64,000 nucleotides of DNA from an uncultured Acidobacteriaceae bacterium (GTDB lineage: Bacteria > Acidobacteriota > Terriglobia > Terriglobales > Acidobacteriaceae): positions 2,306 to 66,305 of the forward strand of contig CAWJAR010000014.1 of the NCBI GenBank assembly GCA_963840895.1, in the 5' to 3' direction. Below the pieces are notes generated by a model that was given only the letters and a program-made list of their open reading frames with translations, searched no databases and had not been told where the DNA came from. Position numbers and translations under genes: made by a program. Positions within the stretch are counted from its first letter, which is position 1; every line of letters begins with the position of its first letter. Shown piece after piece: positions 34,448 through 46,431 of this stretch.

Positions 34448-35284
34448 TTATTCGGTGGCCGACGCCGTGCTAGCGGTCGCCCGAGTCGCGGGCCGTCGGT
34501 TGCTGGTCTTGGTGCTGGCCTTTTGAGAGGTGGCGTTCTTCTGTTCGGAACCCGGCTTTTCCTCCGCTGCTTTCTTCTTATTGAAGTCCTTCACGATTCG
34601 CGCCACATAAAGTCGCGTCTCGTAGTAAGGAGGCACCCCGCCGAATTGTTCGACGCGCTGTGGTCCTGCATTGTAAGCAGCTAATGCCTTCACCAAATCA
34701 AAGTTGTAGCGCTCTAGGAGCTCCCGCAAATATTTTGTCCCGCCTTCAATGTTCGCTTGCGGATCGAACGCATTGGGTACGCCTAGTTGCGACGCCGTTC
34801 CCGGCATCAACTGCATCAGCCCCTGCGCGCCCTTCGGGGACACGGCCCGAACGTTGAATCCGCTCTCCGCCTTGATCACGCTGTTTACCAGGTCGGGATC
34901 CAGCCGGTAGCGACCGCTCGCTGAATTCACCGCCTCATTCAAGTCCACCGCATGTGATCGGGAGAAACTGGCCGGCGGTTTTGAAAAGGAGAGATTCTGC
35001 GGCTGGTTACCAAGATGGCTCGACTGCGCTTGCGACCCCGAAGCTGGCAAATCTGGCGCCGCCTCGTAATGCTCAATCTCTGCCGTCGGCACGTCGACGA
35101 AACTTGACCCGTCAGCGTTTACATACAACCGAGTCGTATCCCCGACGATTTCGCGCCGCTCATGCCGGATGGAGAATCCATTCTTCAGCACCGCCACTTC
35201 GCCCGCAAAGCAGGGAAGCGCCGCGCCCGCGAGCACTGCGATGAGGGCTACTCGTAAATAGAAATTCAACCGTTTCATCTGCAA
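34448..35284 (-). CDS. lytic transglycosylase (SLT domain) with signal peptide
   Basis: VIKAESGFN...SPKGAQGLMQLMPGTA...AYNAGP. Confidence 0.8.
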   Translation of the reverse strand: MQMKRLNFYLRVALIAVLAGAALPCFAGEVAVLKNGFSIRHERREIVGDTTRLYVNADGSSFVDVPTAEIEHYEAAPDLPASGSQAQSSHLGNQPQNLSFSKPPASFSRSHAVDLNEAVNSASGRYRLDPDLVNSVIKAESGFNVRAVSPKGAQGLMQLMPGTASQLGVPNAFDPQANIEGGTKYLRELLERYNFDLVKALAAYNAGPQRVEQFGGVPPYYETRLYVARIVKDFNKKKAAEEKPGSEQKNATSQKASTKTSNRRPATRATASTASATE

Positions 35285-35294
35285 CTTGGTGCGG

Positions 35295-36158
35295 CTAGCG
35301 CTCTGCCATCACCGCACCCAAGACTAAGTCTACCGCCGCGGCGATACCACATGCATCATTTCCGCGAGTCACCGTCCACCCGCGGCTGCGCAGCTCCTCG
35401 CACGCATTCCCCATGATAACCGGATGTCCTGCAAACTCAAGCATTTCGACGTCGTTGTGGTTGTCACCGATGGCCATGACCTCTTCGCGGCCATACCCGC
35501 GAAACTTGGCCCACCGTTCCAGAGCGTGTCCCTTGGAACATCCCGCGTTCAACACGTCAATCATCGACAAATCCCGTGCCGGATACTCCGTCCGCAACAC
35601 GGTGACCGTTCCATCCATCCCCGCGCCATCAAGCACCCGCAACGCTTCCTTCATCCGACTCATGGTTCCGCAAAACATCGCCTGCACCGGATCACTCACC
35701 AGAGCGTTTTCAAGCGGGATCACGAACTCGATGAACTCCATATTCTTCTCCAGCCATCGCCGGATGCTAGCTCCCAGTTCGTCGAGCCGTTCCAGGACGA
35801 TTGCACCTTTGGTTTCCTTGTCAAAGGTAAGAACGGTGTTACCTCGGAATTCTTGCATCGCCCCACAAAGCTTGCGACAGGCTTCCGCTGGCATCAGGTC
35901 GCGATGAAAGGTCTCGCCGGCAAGCGAACGCGTCACGGCGCCATTCGAACTGATCAGCCACAGATCAAAACCAAGTTGCTGTGCAATCGGCAAGGCAAAC
36001 GTATGCCTTCGTCCTGTCACCAGCACAATCTCGATGCCCGCGGCGTGGGCGCGCCGCAGCGCCAGCAGATCGCCTTCTGAGATTTGGAATTGTGGGTTGA
36101 GCAGTGTGCCGTCGATGTCGGTCGCCAGCAGTCGGATGGAGCCTTTGGAAATCGTCAC
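35295..36158 (-). CDS. Cof-type HAD-IIB family hydrolase
   Basis: LLATDIDGTLL (DxD), VLVTGR, IGDNHNDVEML. Confidence 0.8.
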   Translation of the reverse strand: MTISKGSIRLLATDIDGTLLNPQFQISEGDLLALRRAHAAGIEIVLVTGRRHTFALPIAQQLGFDLWLISSNGAVTRSLAGETFHRDLMPAEACRKLCGAMQEFRGNTVLTFDKETKGAIVLERLDELGASIRRWLEKNMEFIEFVIPLENALVSDPVQAMFCGTMSRMKEALRVLDGAGMDGTVTVLRTEYPARDLSMIDVLNAGCSKGHALERWAKFRGYGREEVMAIGDNHNDVEMLEFAGHPVIMGNACEELRSRGWTVTRGNDACGIAAAVDLVLGAVMAER

Positions 36159-36211
36159 TGCCTACGATTTTAGCATCGGGCATGTTTAAAATCCCCGCTG
36201 TCAGCGGTTAC

Positions 36212-36952
36212 TCAGGAAGCGGGCAGACGTCCGAGCAGACTGCTGGCCTTGCGAAACCACGGCCGTTCTCGACGTCGAAGGTATCGCGGCATGGTCGGCT
36301 TCTTATCGAGAATCTTCTGCGACCACACGCGCGCCTCGGCTGCTCGTCCCTGTGACTGCAGGAACAGCGCGTAGTGATAATAGGTTTCTGAAATCGTGGA
36401 AATCCGCGTAGCCTCCCGGAACATGGCGTCCGCTTTGTCATTCTGGCCCGTCTGCGCGTAGGCCCAAGCCAGCAATCCCTTGGCGCGATGGAAATCGTAG
36501 TCCGGATCAGAGCTTACGGCATGTTCCAAGTCCGGCACGGCAGCCGCGAAGTCGCCGAGTTCGACCTCCGCAATGCCCCGACGATAAAACGGATCCGCAT
36601 GATCGGTCCGCGACGAGATTGCTTTATCGTAGGCCGCACGGGCGCGCGCAAACTTTCCATCATCCAGATATAGCAGTCCGATTTCTTCGTAGTTTCCGGC
36701 CGAAGGATTGTCGAGAACAATGCGTTCCAGTTCCTGTATGCGCCGGCGGCGCGGGAAGACCTGAAACGAACCCCGCAACAGCCCCGCGTCGGGAATCACT
36801 TCTACCAGGATGTAGATTAGTGCTCCCACCCAGTGAAACAGGATCACCCAGATCCAGAAGAAATTCGGTCGCCGCCGAATAAAGTGGATGATGGCCACAA
36901 TCCGGAGCCCTATCGACCACCACGAAAACATGAAGAACAGAAAGGATCCCAT
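36212..36952 (-). CDS. PLD-nuclease-N-terminal-like membrane domain fused to TPR repeats
   Basis: Two N-terminal TM helices (IVAIIHFIRRRPNFFWIWVILF.WVGALIYIL), then TPR-like repeats (AAYDKAIS...YRRGIAE...). Confidence 0.55.
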   Translation of the reverse strand: MGSFLFFMFSWWSIGLRIVAIIHFIRRRPNFFWIWVILFHWVGALIYILVEVIPDAGLLRGSFQVFPRRRRIQELERIVLDNPSAGNYEEIGLLYLDDGKFARARAAYDKAISSRTDHADPFYRRGIAEVELGDFAAAVPDLEHAVSSDPDYDFHRAKGLLAWAYAQTGQNDKADAMFREATRISTISETYYHYALFLQSQGRAAEARVWSQKILDKKPTMPRYLRRRERPWFRKASSLLGRLPAS

Positions 36953-37002
36953 GTCGAAATCGCACTATAGCATGCGGGGTGGCGTTCGAACTTCGGCCAT
37001 GT

Positions 37003-37548
37003 TCAGGGGATCTTGGCATCCCGTCGGCTTCGGGCGAGGCCCGCACCAGTTTGATTTTTCCGGTAGCGCTCCTCGAAGGCATGGCGCACGGCGCGCCACT
37101 CAGATGCTTCGATCCGCAATTCGTTGTGTTGGTTGGACGGAGGCACTATGTAAGGCCGGGGCCGCATCGCTGGTTGAACTTCTTGGGGTTCTACTGTCTC
37201 TACCCATGCCACCAGACGCTCCAGAGTCCAGTTCTTCTTTACCATAACGTGGTAGTCGAAAAGATGTGCGATGACTTCCTTGATCCGCATCTTGCGCCGT
37301 ATCCAGATTCGCCAGCAGTCGCAAGGGCGCGGCACCTCCTTTAGCATCCATGCCCCCCAGACTCCTTCCGCACCAAGTGTGCGTCGATCCTTCTCAGCAA
37401 ACGGCGTCGTCACCTGGTGAAAACTGCATCCTCGTGCTATGGCTGCCATGCCAAGAGCACAACCTTCCTGCGTTTCGGAGAAATGTTGTCCCCCGGCCCT
37501 GGGAGCCAGGACGGTACTGCCCAATAAAATCGCTTCGCTGAGTTTCAT
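37003..37548 (-). CDS. hypothetical protein
   Basis: ORF; I prefer the internal ATG at 37548 (MKLSEAILLG...). No motif recognised. Confidence 0.3.
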   Translation of the reverse strand: MKLSEAILLGSTVLAPRAGGQHFSETQEGCALGMAAIARGCSFHQVTTPFAEKDRRTLGAEGVWGAWMLKEVPRPCDCWRIWIRRKMRIKEVIAHLFDYHVMVKKNWTLERLVAWVETVEPQEVQPAMRPRPYIVPPSNQHNELRIEASEWRAVRHAFEERYRKNQTGAGLARSRRDAKIP

Positions 37549-37642
37549 ATCGAAATCCCGTCCTTTCTTAAACCTAAGCCAGCTGCATTCGATGGTGTCG
37601 AGTCCGGTTCGACGCATATTTAATCATTCACATGATCCATTG

Positions 37643-38497
37643 TCACCTCGATGCCGATCGAGTGAGTCCTTGTGCTTCCAGCCAGTAATAAAATTCCTCG
37701 ATCCAGTGATCGCTGGTGGTGCCTTGTTGTTTCATCCCGAAACCGTGGTGTCCCGCACTGTAAATATGAACCTCGGGCTTGATCCCCGCTGCTTTCAGCG
37801 CCTCATAAAACTTGTTCACAGGTTCGAGGACGAGTTCATCATCCTGCGCCCACGCCATAAAAATCGGCGGCAGCTTCGTCGGTATGGCCGGCATCACGCC
37901 AAATGGTCCACCGTAAATTAGCGCAGCGAAATTCGGACGAGCCGCCGCGTCCTGCTGAAGTAATACTCCGCTCGTCACCATAGCCCCGGCTGAAAAGCCG
38001 AGGAATCCGACTCTCTCCGGAGAAATGCCCCACTCGGCCGCGTGTTGGCGAACCACCTTGACGGCCTGAATTCCATCGGCGATCCCGTATTTGCACGCCT
38101 CGTCCATATTGAGATCTTTTGGAATGCCTTCGCCCTTCTTTTCCGGAATACGATATTTCAAAACAAATGCCACAATGCCTCGTTCCTGCAGCCATCGCGC
38201 CACGCTGTAGGCCTCTTGCTCAATCGCCAGCGCGACGCAAGCCCCACCGGGCGCAACAATGATGCCGGTTCCGCTAGCCTTGGATTTCTCGGGAAGGTAA
38301 AGCGTTAGCGTCGGCGTGACCACGTTCAATATCACGGTTCCCACGGGAGTGTTTTCTATGATCAGTTCCTTCTGGGTCCAATGCTCGGAGCCGGGAGCGA
38401 CGCCGGGCCATAAATTCAGCGTCTGCGCGTCCGCGGAGTAGGACACGAAAATCGTAAGTGCGACTGCAGACGCAAGAAATGATAACGAGTGCCGCAT
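37643..38497 (-). CDS. secreted alpha/beta hydrolase (esterase/lipase family)
   Basis: Nucleophile elbow GFSAGA and HGGG-like VAPGGACV. Signal peptide MRHSLSFLASAVALTIFVSYSADA. AGGAG lies 5 nt before ATG 38497. Confidence 0.75.
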   Translation of the reverse strand: MRHSLSFLASAVALTIFVSYSADAQTLNLWPGVAPGSEHWTQKELIIENTPVGTVILNVVTPTLTLYLPEKSKASGTGIIVAPGGACVALAIEQEAYSVARWLQERGIVAFVLKYRIPEKKGEGIPKDLNMDEACKYGIADGIQAVKVVRQHAAEWGISPERVGFLGFSAGAMVTSGVLLQQDAAARPNFAALIYGGPFGVMPAIPTKLPPIFMAWAQDDELVLEPVNKFYEALKAAGIKPEVHIYSAGHHGFGMKQQGTTSDHWIEEFYYWLEAQGLTRSASR

Positions 38498-38782
38498 ACT
38501 TTCTCCTTGATATCTCGAGACGAGCCGGTAACTCCATCCTAACGTCGCATCTTTTGCCACGCTAGAGCCGGGCATCTTGTTTTCGAACTTCTTCAAATCA
38601 ACGATTAAATCGAAATGAATAGAGATCCGGCTGGAAGAGTCGACGGCCTTGTCCCAGACCCGCGTGAAATCACATCTTTCGACTTTCAGGTTGTGCTAAA
38701 GGATGGAGAGTACGCCTGACTGGCGACACGTCTACCCCAGTTCGATCTGAAGTGAAGAAATTTCGTTCGCGAGAGGGCAATC

Positions 38783-39349
38783 ATGACTGAGATGACACGA
38801 AGTGAATTCTTGAAGAGCTGTACATTGGGCGCGTGTTCCTGTTCTCTGGTCGCACTGTCAGCGACCGAGACAGCAATGGCTGAGTCTGGTAACTCTGAGG
38901 TCGACACCCTAAAGGCGCAGCGCGACGCAATCCGAATCCGGTATGCGAAATTGCTGGGCATCCTGGACGAAGAGATCGACCAACCCACCAGAAAGCGCAT
39001 CTTTGAACGCTTGGGACGCGTCTGCGCCGACCAGTTCCGCGCGATCACGTACGACAAGTACAAAAATGACATTCGCGGTTTTCTCGCTGCGATTCAGGCA
39101 CCGGGCGGATGGGTGGAAAAAGTTGAATACAACGAGAAGGCCGGGACCATCCGAATCTTCGACCGATTCAAGAGTTGCACCTGTCCATTGGTGGAAAAAG
39201 GGCTGACCCCGTCCGACCAGTGCGAGTGCACTCTCGGATGGCAAAAACAAACCTATTCGGCCATCCTGGGCAAACCGGTCGAAGCAGAACTCGAAGAGTC
39301 GATCTTGCGTGGTAGCACGCGCTGTGTCTTTCGTATTCAGGTTGTGTAG
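38783..39349 (+). CDS. hypothetical Cys-rich protein with degenerate Tat-like signal
   Basis: TRSEFLKSC... N-terminus; C-terminal cluster CTCP...CECTLGW...C. Confidence 0.4.
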   Translation: MTEMTRSEFLKSCTLGACSCSLVALSATETAMAESGNSEVDTLKAQRDAIRIRYAKLLGILDEEIDQPTRKRIFERLGRVCADQFRAITYDKYKNDIRGFLAAIQAPGGWVEKVEYNEKAGTIRIFDRFKSCTCPLVEKGLTPSDQCECTLGWQKQTYSAILGKPVEAELEESILRGSTRCVFRIQVV

Positions 39350-39679
39350 CCTGGGGAAATAGGGGCTGTGACACAAGCTTCCGATGGCCACGGTGACCGG
39401 TAATGCTTGCAAGTCACGCTACGGTGTCACGGTGAACACGGTCCGGGTCATTCCTGTCCCACCGGGCGTTCCGACGGCGATTTTCGCCGTTACCGCGCCA
39501 GTTTAGGGTGCCCGATGGACGTCGGGTGACCTGTCCAGATTCGAACAGAGTGTCGCGGAAACGGACATCGCACAAATTGGATCAACAAAGAGGCTCGTGC
39601 CATCAACAACTTGCGCGAATCGGAGTGGCCACCCGATTGCCATTTAGGTCTGCACCGCATTTCGAGCTGGAGGTTTTGT

Positions 39680-42178
39680 ATGGAGAGTCTGCTGCAGGAT
39701 GCGCGCTGCGGGGTCCGCGTACTGCGCAACTCGCCGGGATTCACCCTGGTGGCAGTGCTTACGCTGGCATTGGGCATTGTGGGCACCACGTTGGTGTTCA
39801 ACGCCTACAACGCAACCGCCTGGCGACCCCTTCCGGTGAAGGATCCGCAGAGGCTCACGATCCTGCAGCGGAGGCTGTCGAAGGGTGGCTATCGCTCTCA
39901 GTTTTCACTCGAGGACTATCAGAATATTCGCGACCACAGCCGGACTTTCTCGGGTATGGCCGCCGAAGGCGACTACGACACGGTCCTGGCCCGACTCCCC
40001 GACATCGCGTCGGGCAAACTTGTCGAACCGCGACAGACGCTGATCAAGCTCGTTTCCGAGAACTACTTCGACGTGCTCGGCATCGCAGCTAAAGCCGGAA
40101 GAGTATTCACGCCCGCCGATAACGCCACGGCTCCCGTCGCAGTGCTCAGCGCGGCGTCATGGCATCGCCGGTTCCGCAACAACCCCAACGTGCTCGGACA
40201 GACTGTCCACGTCTATGGCGCCGCGGTGACGATCATTGGAATTGCGCCTGAGGAGTTCATCGGGAGTGGTAATCCTCCCGTGCCGCCGGACCTATGGATT
40301 CCACTCTCCGCCGAGACCGTGATCATGCCGCTACGCGCCGCGCGCAGCGATCGGGAAGAACGGCTGCGAATCGTAGGTAGGCTGAAGCCGAGCATAACCT
40401 TGATGCAAGCCGAGAGCGAACTCAGCGCGCTCGCGCTGCAGGACGAGAAGGACCGCGGCATCGAGCCGGTCACTGCATCCATGGTCGGCGGGCCGGCGGT
40501 ATATTTCATCGATCCCGATGCCACCCCGCAATATCGCGCTCTGGCAGGGCTGCTGTTGGCGAGCTTCAGTGTCGTGCTACTTGTGGCGTGCGCCAATACG
40601 GCCAACTTCTTCATGGCCCGGGCGACCGCGCGGCGACGCGAAATGGCGGTGCGCACCGCGCTCGGAGCTTCGAAGATCCGCCTGGTGCGCCAACTCATGA
40701 CCGAAGGCGTCCTCCTGGGACTCGCCGGAGGCGCGATCGCGGTCGTGGCAGCGACCTGGATCTGCGAATTGATCTGGCTTGAGGCGGAGCAGCGCATCAT
40801 CGCGCGCTTCACCGACCTTTACTATTTCGCGTTCACATTCACCCCGAACTGGGGCGTGCTGGCGGCCACTTGCGCAGTCTCGGTGCTGGCAGGCGCGTTG
40901 TTCAGTCTGGCGGGGGCGCTGCAATCGTCGCGCGTCGACCTGAATGGCGTGTTGAAGGGGTGCGAACCTACCGTCAGCCGCGGCCGCCGTTGGCGCTTGA
41001 ACATGCGCGACATGCTGATTGCTGTGCAGGTCACACTGAGTGTGGTGCTGCTGGTGAGCGCGGCGCTACTAGCGCGCGGCATGGTGCGCGGGCAATCCGC
41101 CGAGCCCGGATTCGACACCCACAATGTGCTCAACATCGAGTTTGGCGGCCTCGACAGCATCGGCTACGACGCCAAACGGATTGGTGACCTGCGTCAGCAG
41201 TTGCGCGCACACCTGTCGCTCATCCCCGGAGTCAGTGCAGTGGCCTTCGCCAGCCACGTGCCGTTGCTCGGCGTCGGCATGGGTCAGGCAGTAGTGGCCA
41301 ACCCTAGTGAGCCACCGATCCAGGTACTAAACAATGACGTCTCGCCGGGTTTCTTTGCGGCGTTTGGCATTCCTCTGCTTCGCGGGCGCGACTTCACCGA
41401 GAGTGAGATCGTCCATCGCGCGGGAGTGGTCATCGTCTCGCAGACCACTGCCCGAAACCTGTGGCCGGGCGAGGACGCCATCGGCAAGCTGATCCAGGTG
41501 GGCAACCCACAGCGTTCCATGCAAGTAATCGGCGTCGCGAAGGACGTACACATCATGAATCTTGCGCAGGTCGAGTCCTACTTCCTCTATCTGCCGCTCG
41601 CGCCTGACGCTCCGGTCGAAGACGTTTTCCTCCGCACCAGCGGCGACGCAAACCAGGTGTTGGCGCCAGCGCTGCGCGCTGCTTCCGAGATCGATATCAA
41701 GCTCCCATCACTGGCGAACGCGCACAGCATGGATGACGCGCTCTGGTTCCAGCACCTGCCTTCGACCCTTGCAACACTGTTCGCGGGCGTGGTGGGCAGC
41801 ATGGCGTTGTTCCTGGCGAGTGTAGGAATCTACGGCACCATCGCTTACGCGGTAGCCCAACGCACGCGCGAGATCGGCATTCGCGTGGCGCTCGGAGCAA
41901 CGCACTTTTCCATCCTCCGAATGGTGCTAGGCCGTACGCTGGCGTTGGTTGGCGGCGGAGCGTGCCTCGGCCTCGCCGCTGCATTGGTCGTTTCACGCGC
42001 CATCACCGCAATCCCGTTCGGGTTGGGATCCCTGCTCTTGTTCGGAGTGAGCTCCAGGGATCCTCTGGCATTCGGTGGCGTAGGCGTGTTCCTGTTGGCG
42101 GTTGCCCTGGCCGCGGCCTATAGGCCCGCGCGCCGGGCCACGCGCGTAGACCCGATGGCGGCACTCAGATACGAGTAG
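39680..42178 (+). CDS. ADOP-family duplicated FtsX/MacB-like ABC transporter permease
   Basis: The N-terminus [31 protein letters not shown] is characteristic of the family. It has two FtsX-type 4-TM modules and ends ...[14 protein letters not shown]. GGAGG lies 7 nt before ATG 39680. Confidence 0.85.
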   Translation: [832 protein letters not shown]

Positions 42179-42185
42179 ACGCAGT

Positions 42186-42902
42186 CTAGACCGCTGCTTT
42201 CGAACCAGAGATACCCACAGTGAGCTGTCTCAAAATCTCCCGAAGATGCAACGCCGCACAATCAATACACGGGAAATCGGTGTTGCTTTCGTTGAACAGC
42301 AGCGTCAGATCAGTGCCTGCGAACAGAATCGCATCCACGCTGTGATGCTTCACGAGGCGATGAGCGAGAGCCGTTAGCTTCTCGTGCTTCTCTGCCGACG
42401 ACTGGCCCGTCGCTGCTACTTCGACATACGTTTGGTGAATCAGGTCTACTTCCTCTGGAGACGGACGGATGATCTGCACCCCGCTCAGCGCGCCGAACAA
42501 ATCGGACTCGATCACGAATCGCGTGCCAAAGATGGCGACCCGCCGGGCCTTGCGCGCCTGCAGTTCCCGGTTCAAAGGATCGAGCAGAGACACGATCGGC
42601 AGTGCAGAAGTTGCGGCGAGTTCCTTCCAAGAGTAGAGGGGAGTGATCGCCGGGATCGCCGCCACCTCGGCTCCAGCAGCCTTCATGCGCCGGATGTAGC
42701 CACTCAAATATTCGGCCAGACCCCCACGATCTTTTGCCTCGACATACTCAAACACACGTGGTATTTCGGCATTGGTGATCACAATGTCGAGCGCGAGCCC
42801 CAGTTTTTCGCAACCTCGCGCCAGCTTCTCGTAGTAGTAGATGGTGGCTCCGACACCCAATCCACCAACCAACCCCAAGCAGCGAGACTTGTTCATCGAC
42901 AA
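42186..42902 (-). CDS. aspartate/glutamate racemase family protein
   Basis: LGLVGGLGVGATIYYY N-terminus; family size and layout. Confidence 0.75.
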   Translation of the reverse strand: MSMNKSRCLGLVGGLGVGATIYYYEKLARGCEKLGLALDIVITNAEIPRVFEYVEAKDRGGLAEYLSGYIRRMKAAGAEVAAIPAITPLYSWKELAATSALPIVSLLDPLNRELQARKARRVAIFGTRFVIESDLFGALSGVQIIRPSPEEVDLIHQTYVEVAATGQSSAEKHEKLTALAHRLVKHHSVDAILFAGTDLTLLFNESNTDFPCIDCAALHLREILRQLTVGISGSKAAV

Positions 42903-43308
42903 AGATTAAAACATTTCGTCCGACAAGTTCGATTTTGGGAATAAGATCGTCCCGACGTTTGAGGCCGTTTTACTTTTGGCGTCACAGATCGGGAAGGGCA
43001 TGAGTTTACTCGTGCCGTAAGGCGTCCAATTCAGGCCGCTCTTTAGCGCCTGAGGTTCGACTCGTCGCCGATTCGCTTCGTACGTCGAATATTCTGAAGC
43101 AGCAGTTCCCGCGGACTCCCGATCCTGCTCGGTCACCTGCCCATCTCGACCTGCGTCATCCCGAGCGGAGCCGTTTTTCAGGCGTAACGAGGGATTCTGG
43201 CGTGCATTATCTCGGGCATCTCAGCCTCTCCGCCGCTATACAACATCGCTAGATTTCAAGCGTTGTGCCTACGCTTCGAACAGAGCTAGTCGGTGGAACC
43301 TCGAGGGC

Positions 43309-43848
43309 TCAATTCCCCAATTGCCGGCGGAGCACGCGGCGCAGAAGTCGTTCAAACACTTGCCGGTGAATCTTCCAGCGTCCCGGATAGGGCAATTCAA
43401 GATGAGTGCCGTTCCAGCTTGCCCGAGACTGTGCGCGTTGGACGTTGTGAGTGATGGAGCGAACAACCGTAACAACGAGTGCTGGATTGAGCCGCCGAAT
43501 CATCTTGCCCAGTCGCGCTTCGGCCCGCGTGCACGCAAGGCGGCGCTGCGTGGTGGGCAGGCGGTCGACCGGACTTCGGCACAAATCGACCAGATAACAG
43601 TCCAATTTGCGAAATGACTCCAAAAACTCCGCTCTCTTGAGTTCCGGAAAGGCCGACAAAAAAGTTTGCCGGACAGCGCGGTAGAGTCCGGAGTCTGCCT
43701 GGTAAAAGAACCGTCCAGATGCCGGCGGCGCCTCGCCAACAAACAGAATCCGAACGCGCGCAGGCCGATAGCGCCTGCGCAGCCGCTCCCGCGCGGCCTC
43801 AGCCTGCAGGGGCCCAACCGACTTGCGACTCTTTGCTGAAGCGCTCAT
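43309..43848 (-). CDS. hypothetical protein (possible UDG-superfamily fold)
   Basis: ILFVGEAPPASGRFFY faintly resembles the UDG motif GEAPG. I prefer ATG 43848, which has an upstream AGGAA. Confidence 0.3.
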   Translation of the reverse strand: MSASAKSRKSVGPLQAEAARERLRRRYRPARVRILFVGEAPPASGRFFYQADSGLYRAVRQTFLSAFPELKRAEFLESFRKLDCYLVDLCRSPVDRLPTTQRRLACTRAEARLGKMIRRLNPALVVTVVRSITHNVQRAQSRASWNGTHLELPYPGRWKIHRQVFERLLRRVLRRQLGN

Positions 43849-43968
43849 GACATTCCTGCTGAGGATAGCAGCGGATCTTAACACTCGGAAATATCAGCTC
43901 AGCATAGGAGCGTCGAACTTCTCTTAAGACTGCGGCAGCATCGTGCCCACCCTTCGAACCTGCCGGCC

Positions 43969-44000
43969 GAAAAGAAAAGCCCCACTCCGAAGAGCGGGGC
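43969..44000 (-). terminator. rho-independent terminator of groEL
   Basis: Hairpin gcccc(a)ctc-cgaa-gag(c)ggggc at 43979-44000. On the minus strand it is followed by TTTTCTTTTC (43969-43978). Confidence 0.7.
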
Positions 44001-44010
44001 TCTGATCCTA

Positions 44011-44038
44011 GCTAGAAGCTAAGAGCTAATAGCTAGAA
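44011..44038. repeat. 7-nt periodic tandem repeat GCTAGAA GCTAAGA GCTAATA GCTAGAA
   Basis: Read directly between the groEL stop (44046) and its terminator. Confidence 0.7.
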
Positions 44039-44045
44039 GCGGTTC

Positions 44046-45799
<1,754 letters not shown>

Positions 45800-45840
45800 G
45801 CCCGGTTCTTGATGCTGCCGCTGGTCAGGATCAGGTCTTA

Positions 45841-45875
45841 GCTGATGGCTGACAGCCGACGGCTGAGAGCTACCG
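45841..45875. repeat. 7-nt periodic tandem repeat GCTGATG GCTGACA GCCGACG GCTGAGA GCTACCG
   Basis: Read directly. The last unit overlaps the groES stop codon. Confidence 0.7.
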
Positions 45876-46202
45876 CTTGCTGGCGAGTTCTTTCTTCGCC
45901 GGGGTGGAAGCGCCGGTCAGGGTGCCGAGGACTTCTTCTTCTTTCATGATGATGAAGTCTTCGCCATCAATCTTGATTTCGGTGCCGGAATACTTCCCGA
46001 ACAGGATGCGGTCGCCTTCCTTGACTGCCAGAGGAAAGGTCTTGCCTTCATCGTTGGTGCGGCCTTTGCCGGTGGAGATGACTTCGCCCTCCTGGGGCTT
46101 GTCTTTGGCCGAGTCTGGAATGATGATACCGCCACGAGTCGTGGAAGCTTCTTCCACACGACGGACCAGAATGCGGTCATGGAGTGGTGAGAATTTCGCC
46201 AT
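45870..46202 (-). CDS. groS: co-chaperonin GroES
   Basis: [14 protein letters not shown]...[20 protein letters not shown]...[14 protein letters not shown]. About a 12-aa C-terminal tail extends beyond the usual length. Confidence 0.95.
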   Translation of the reverse strand: MAKFSPLHDRILVRRVEEASTTRGGIIIPDSAKDKPQEGEVISTGKGRTNDEGKTFPLAVKEGDRILFGKYSGTEIKIDGEDFIIMKEEEVLGTLTGASTPAKKELASKR

Positions 46203-46291
46203 GGTTTGTTGCTCCTTTCAATTAGGTAGAAGGTTATCTGCCTGGAACTTATTCGCGTAAACCTATGATTTGGTTGGGTTAGGCAATGCTG

Positions 46292-46318
46292 TTAGCAGTT
46301 GCGTCCATCGAGTGCTAA
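46292..46318. promoter_or_regulatory. CIRCE operator (HrcA binding site)
   Basis: TTAGCAGTT-N9-GAGTGCTAA against the consensus TTAGCACTC-N9-GAGTGCTAA. It lies about 90 nt upstream of groES. Confidence 0.85.
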
Positions 46319-46346
46319 TTCTACGATCTGAGCCGGGAATTGTCAA
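46318..46346 (-). promoter_or_regulatory. sigma70-type promoter of groES-groEL
   Basis: On the minus strand: TTGACA (46346-46341), 17 nt, TAGAAT (46323-18), abutting CIRCE. Confidence 0.75.
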
Positions 46347-46431
46347 GGGAGCAAGCAAGCGGCGCGAGAACCGTAGCCTCACCCTCTCGCTACCGAGAGC
46401 AAGAAGAGTGAGGCACATCCCGGTTTGATCG

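Noticed and set aside
42906-43136. 76-aa minus-strand ORF in the racemase-to-43309 intergenic region.
   Set aside because: No SD, no motif, and low-complexity composition. Support is insufficient to call it.
43130-43200. Motif gcgtcatcccgagcggagcc...cgagggattc, reminiscent of short interspersed repeats seen in soil-bacterial genomes.
   Set aside because: Only one copy is in this window and there is no convincing palindrome. It cannot be evaluated without genome-wide counts.
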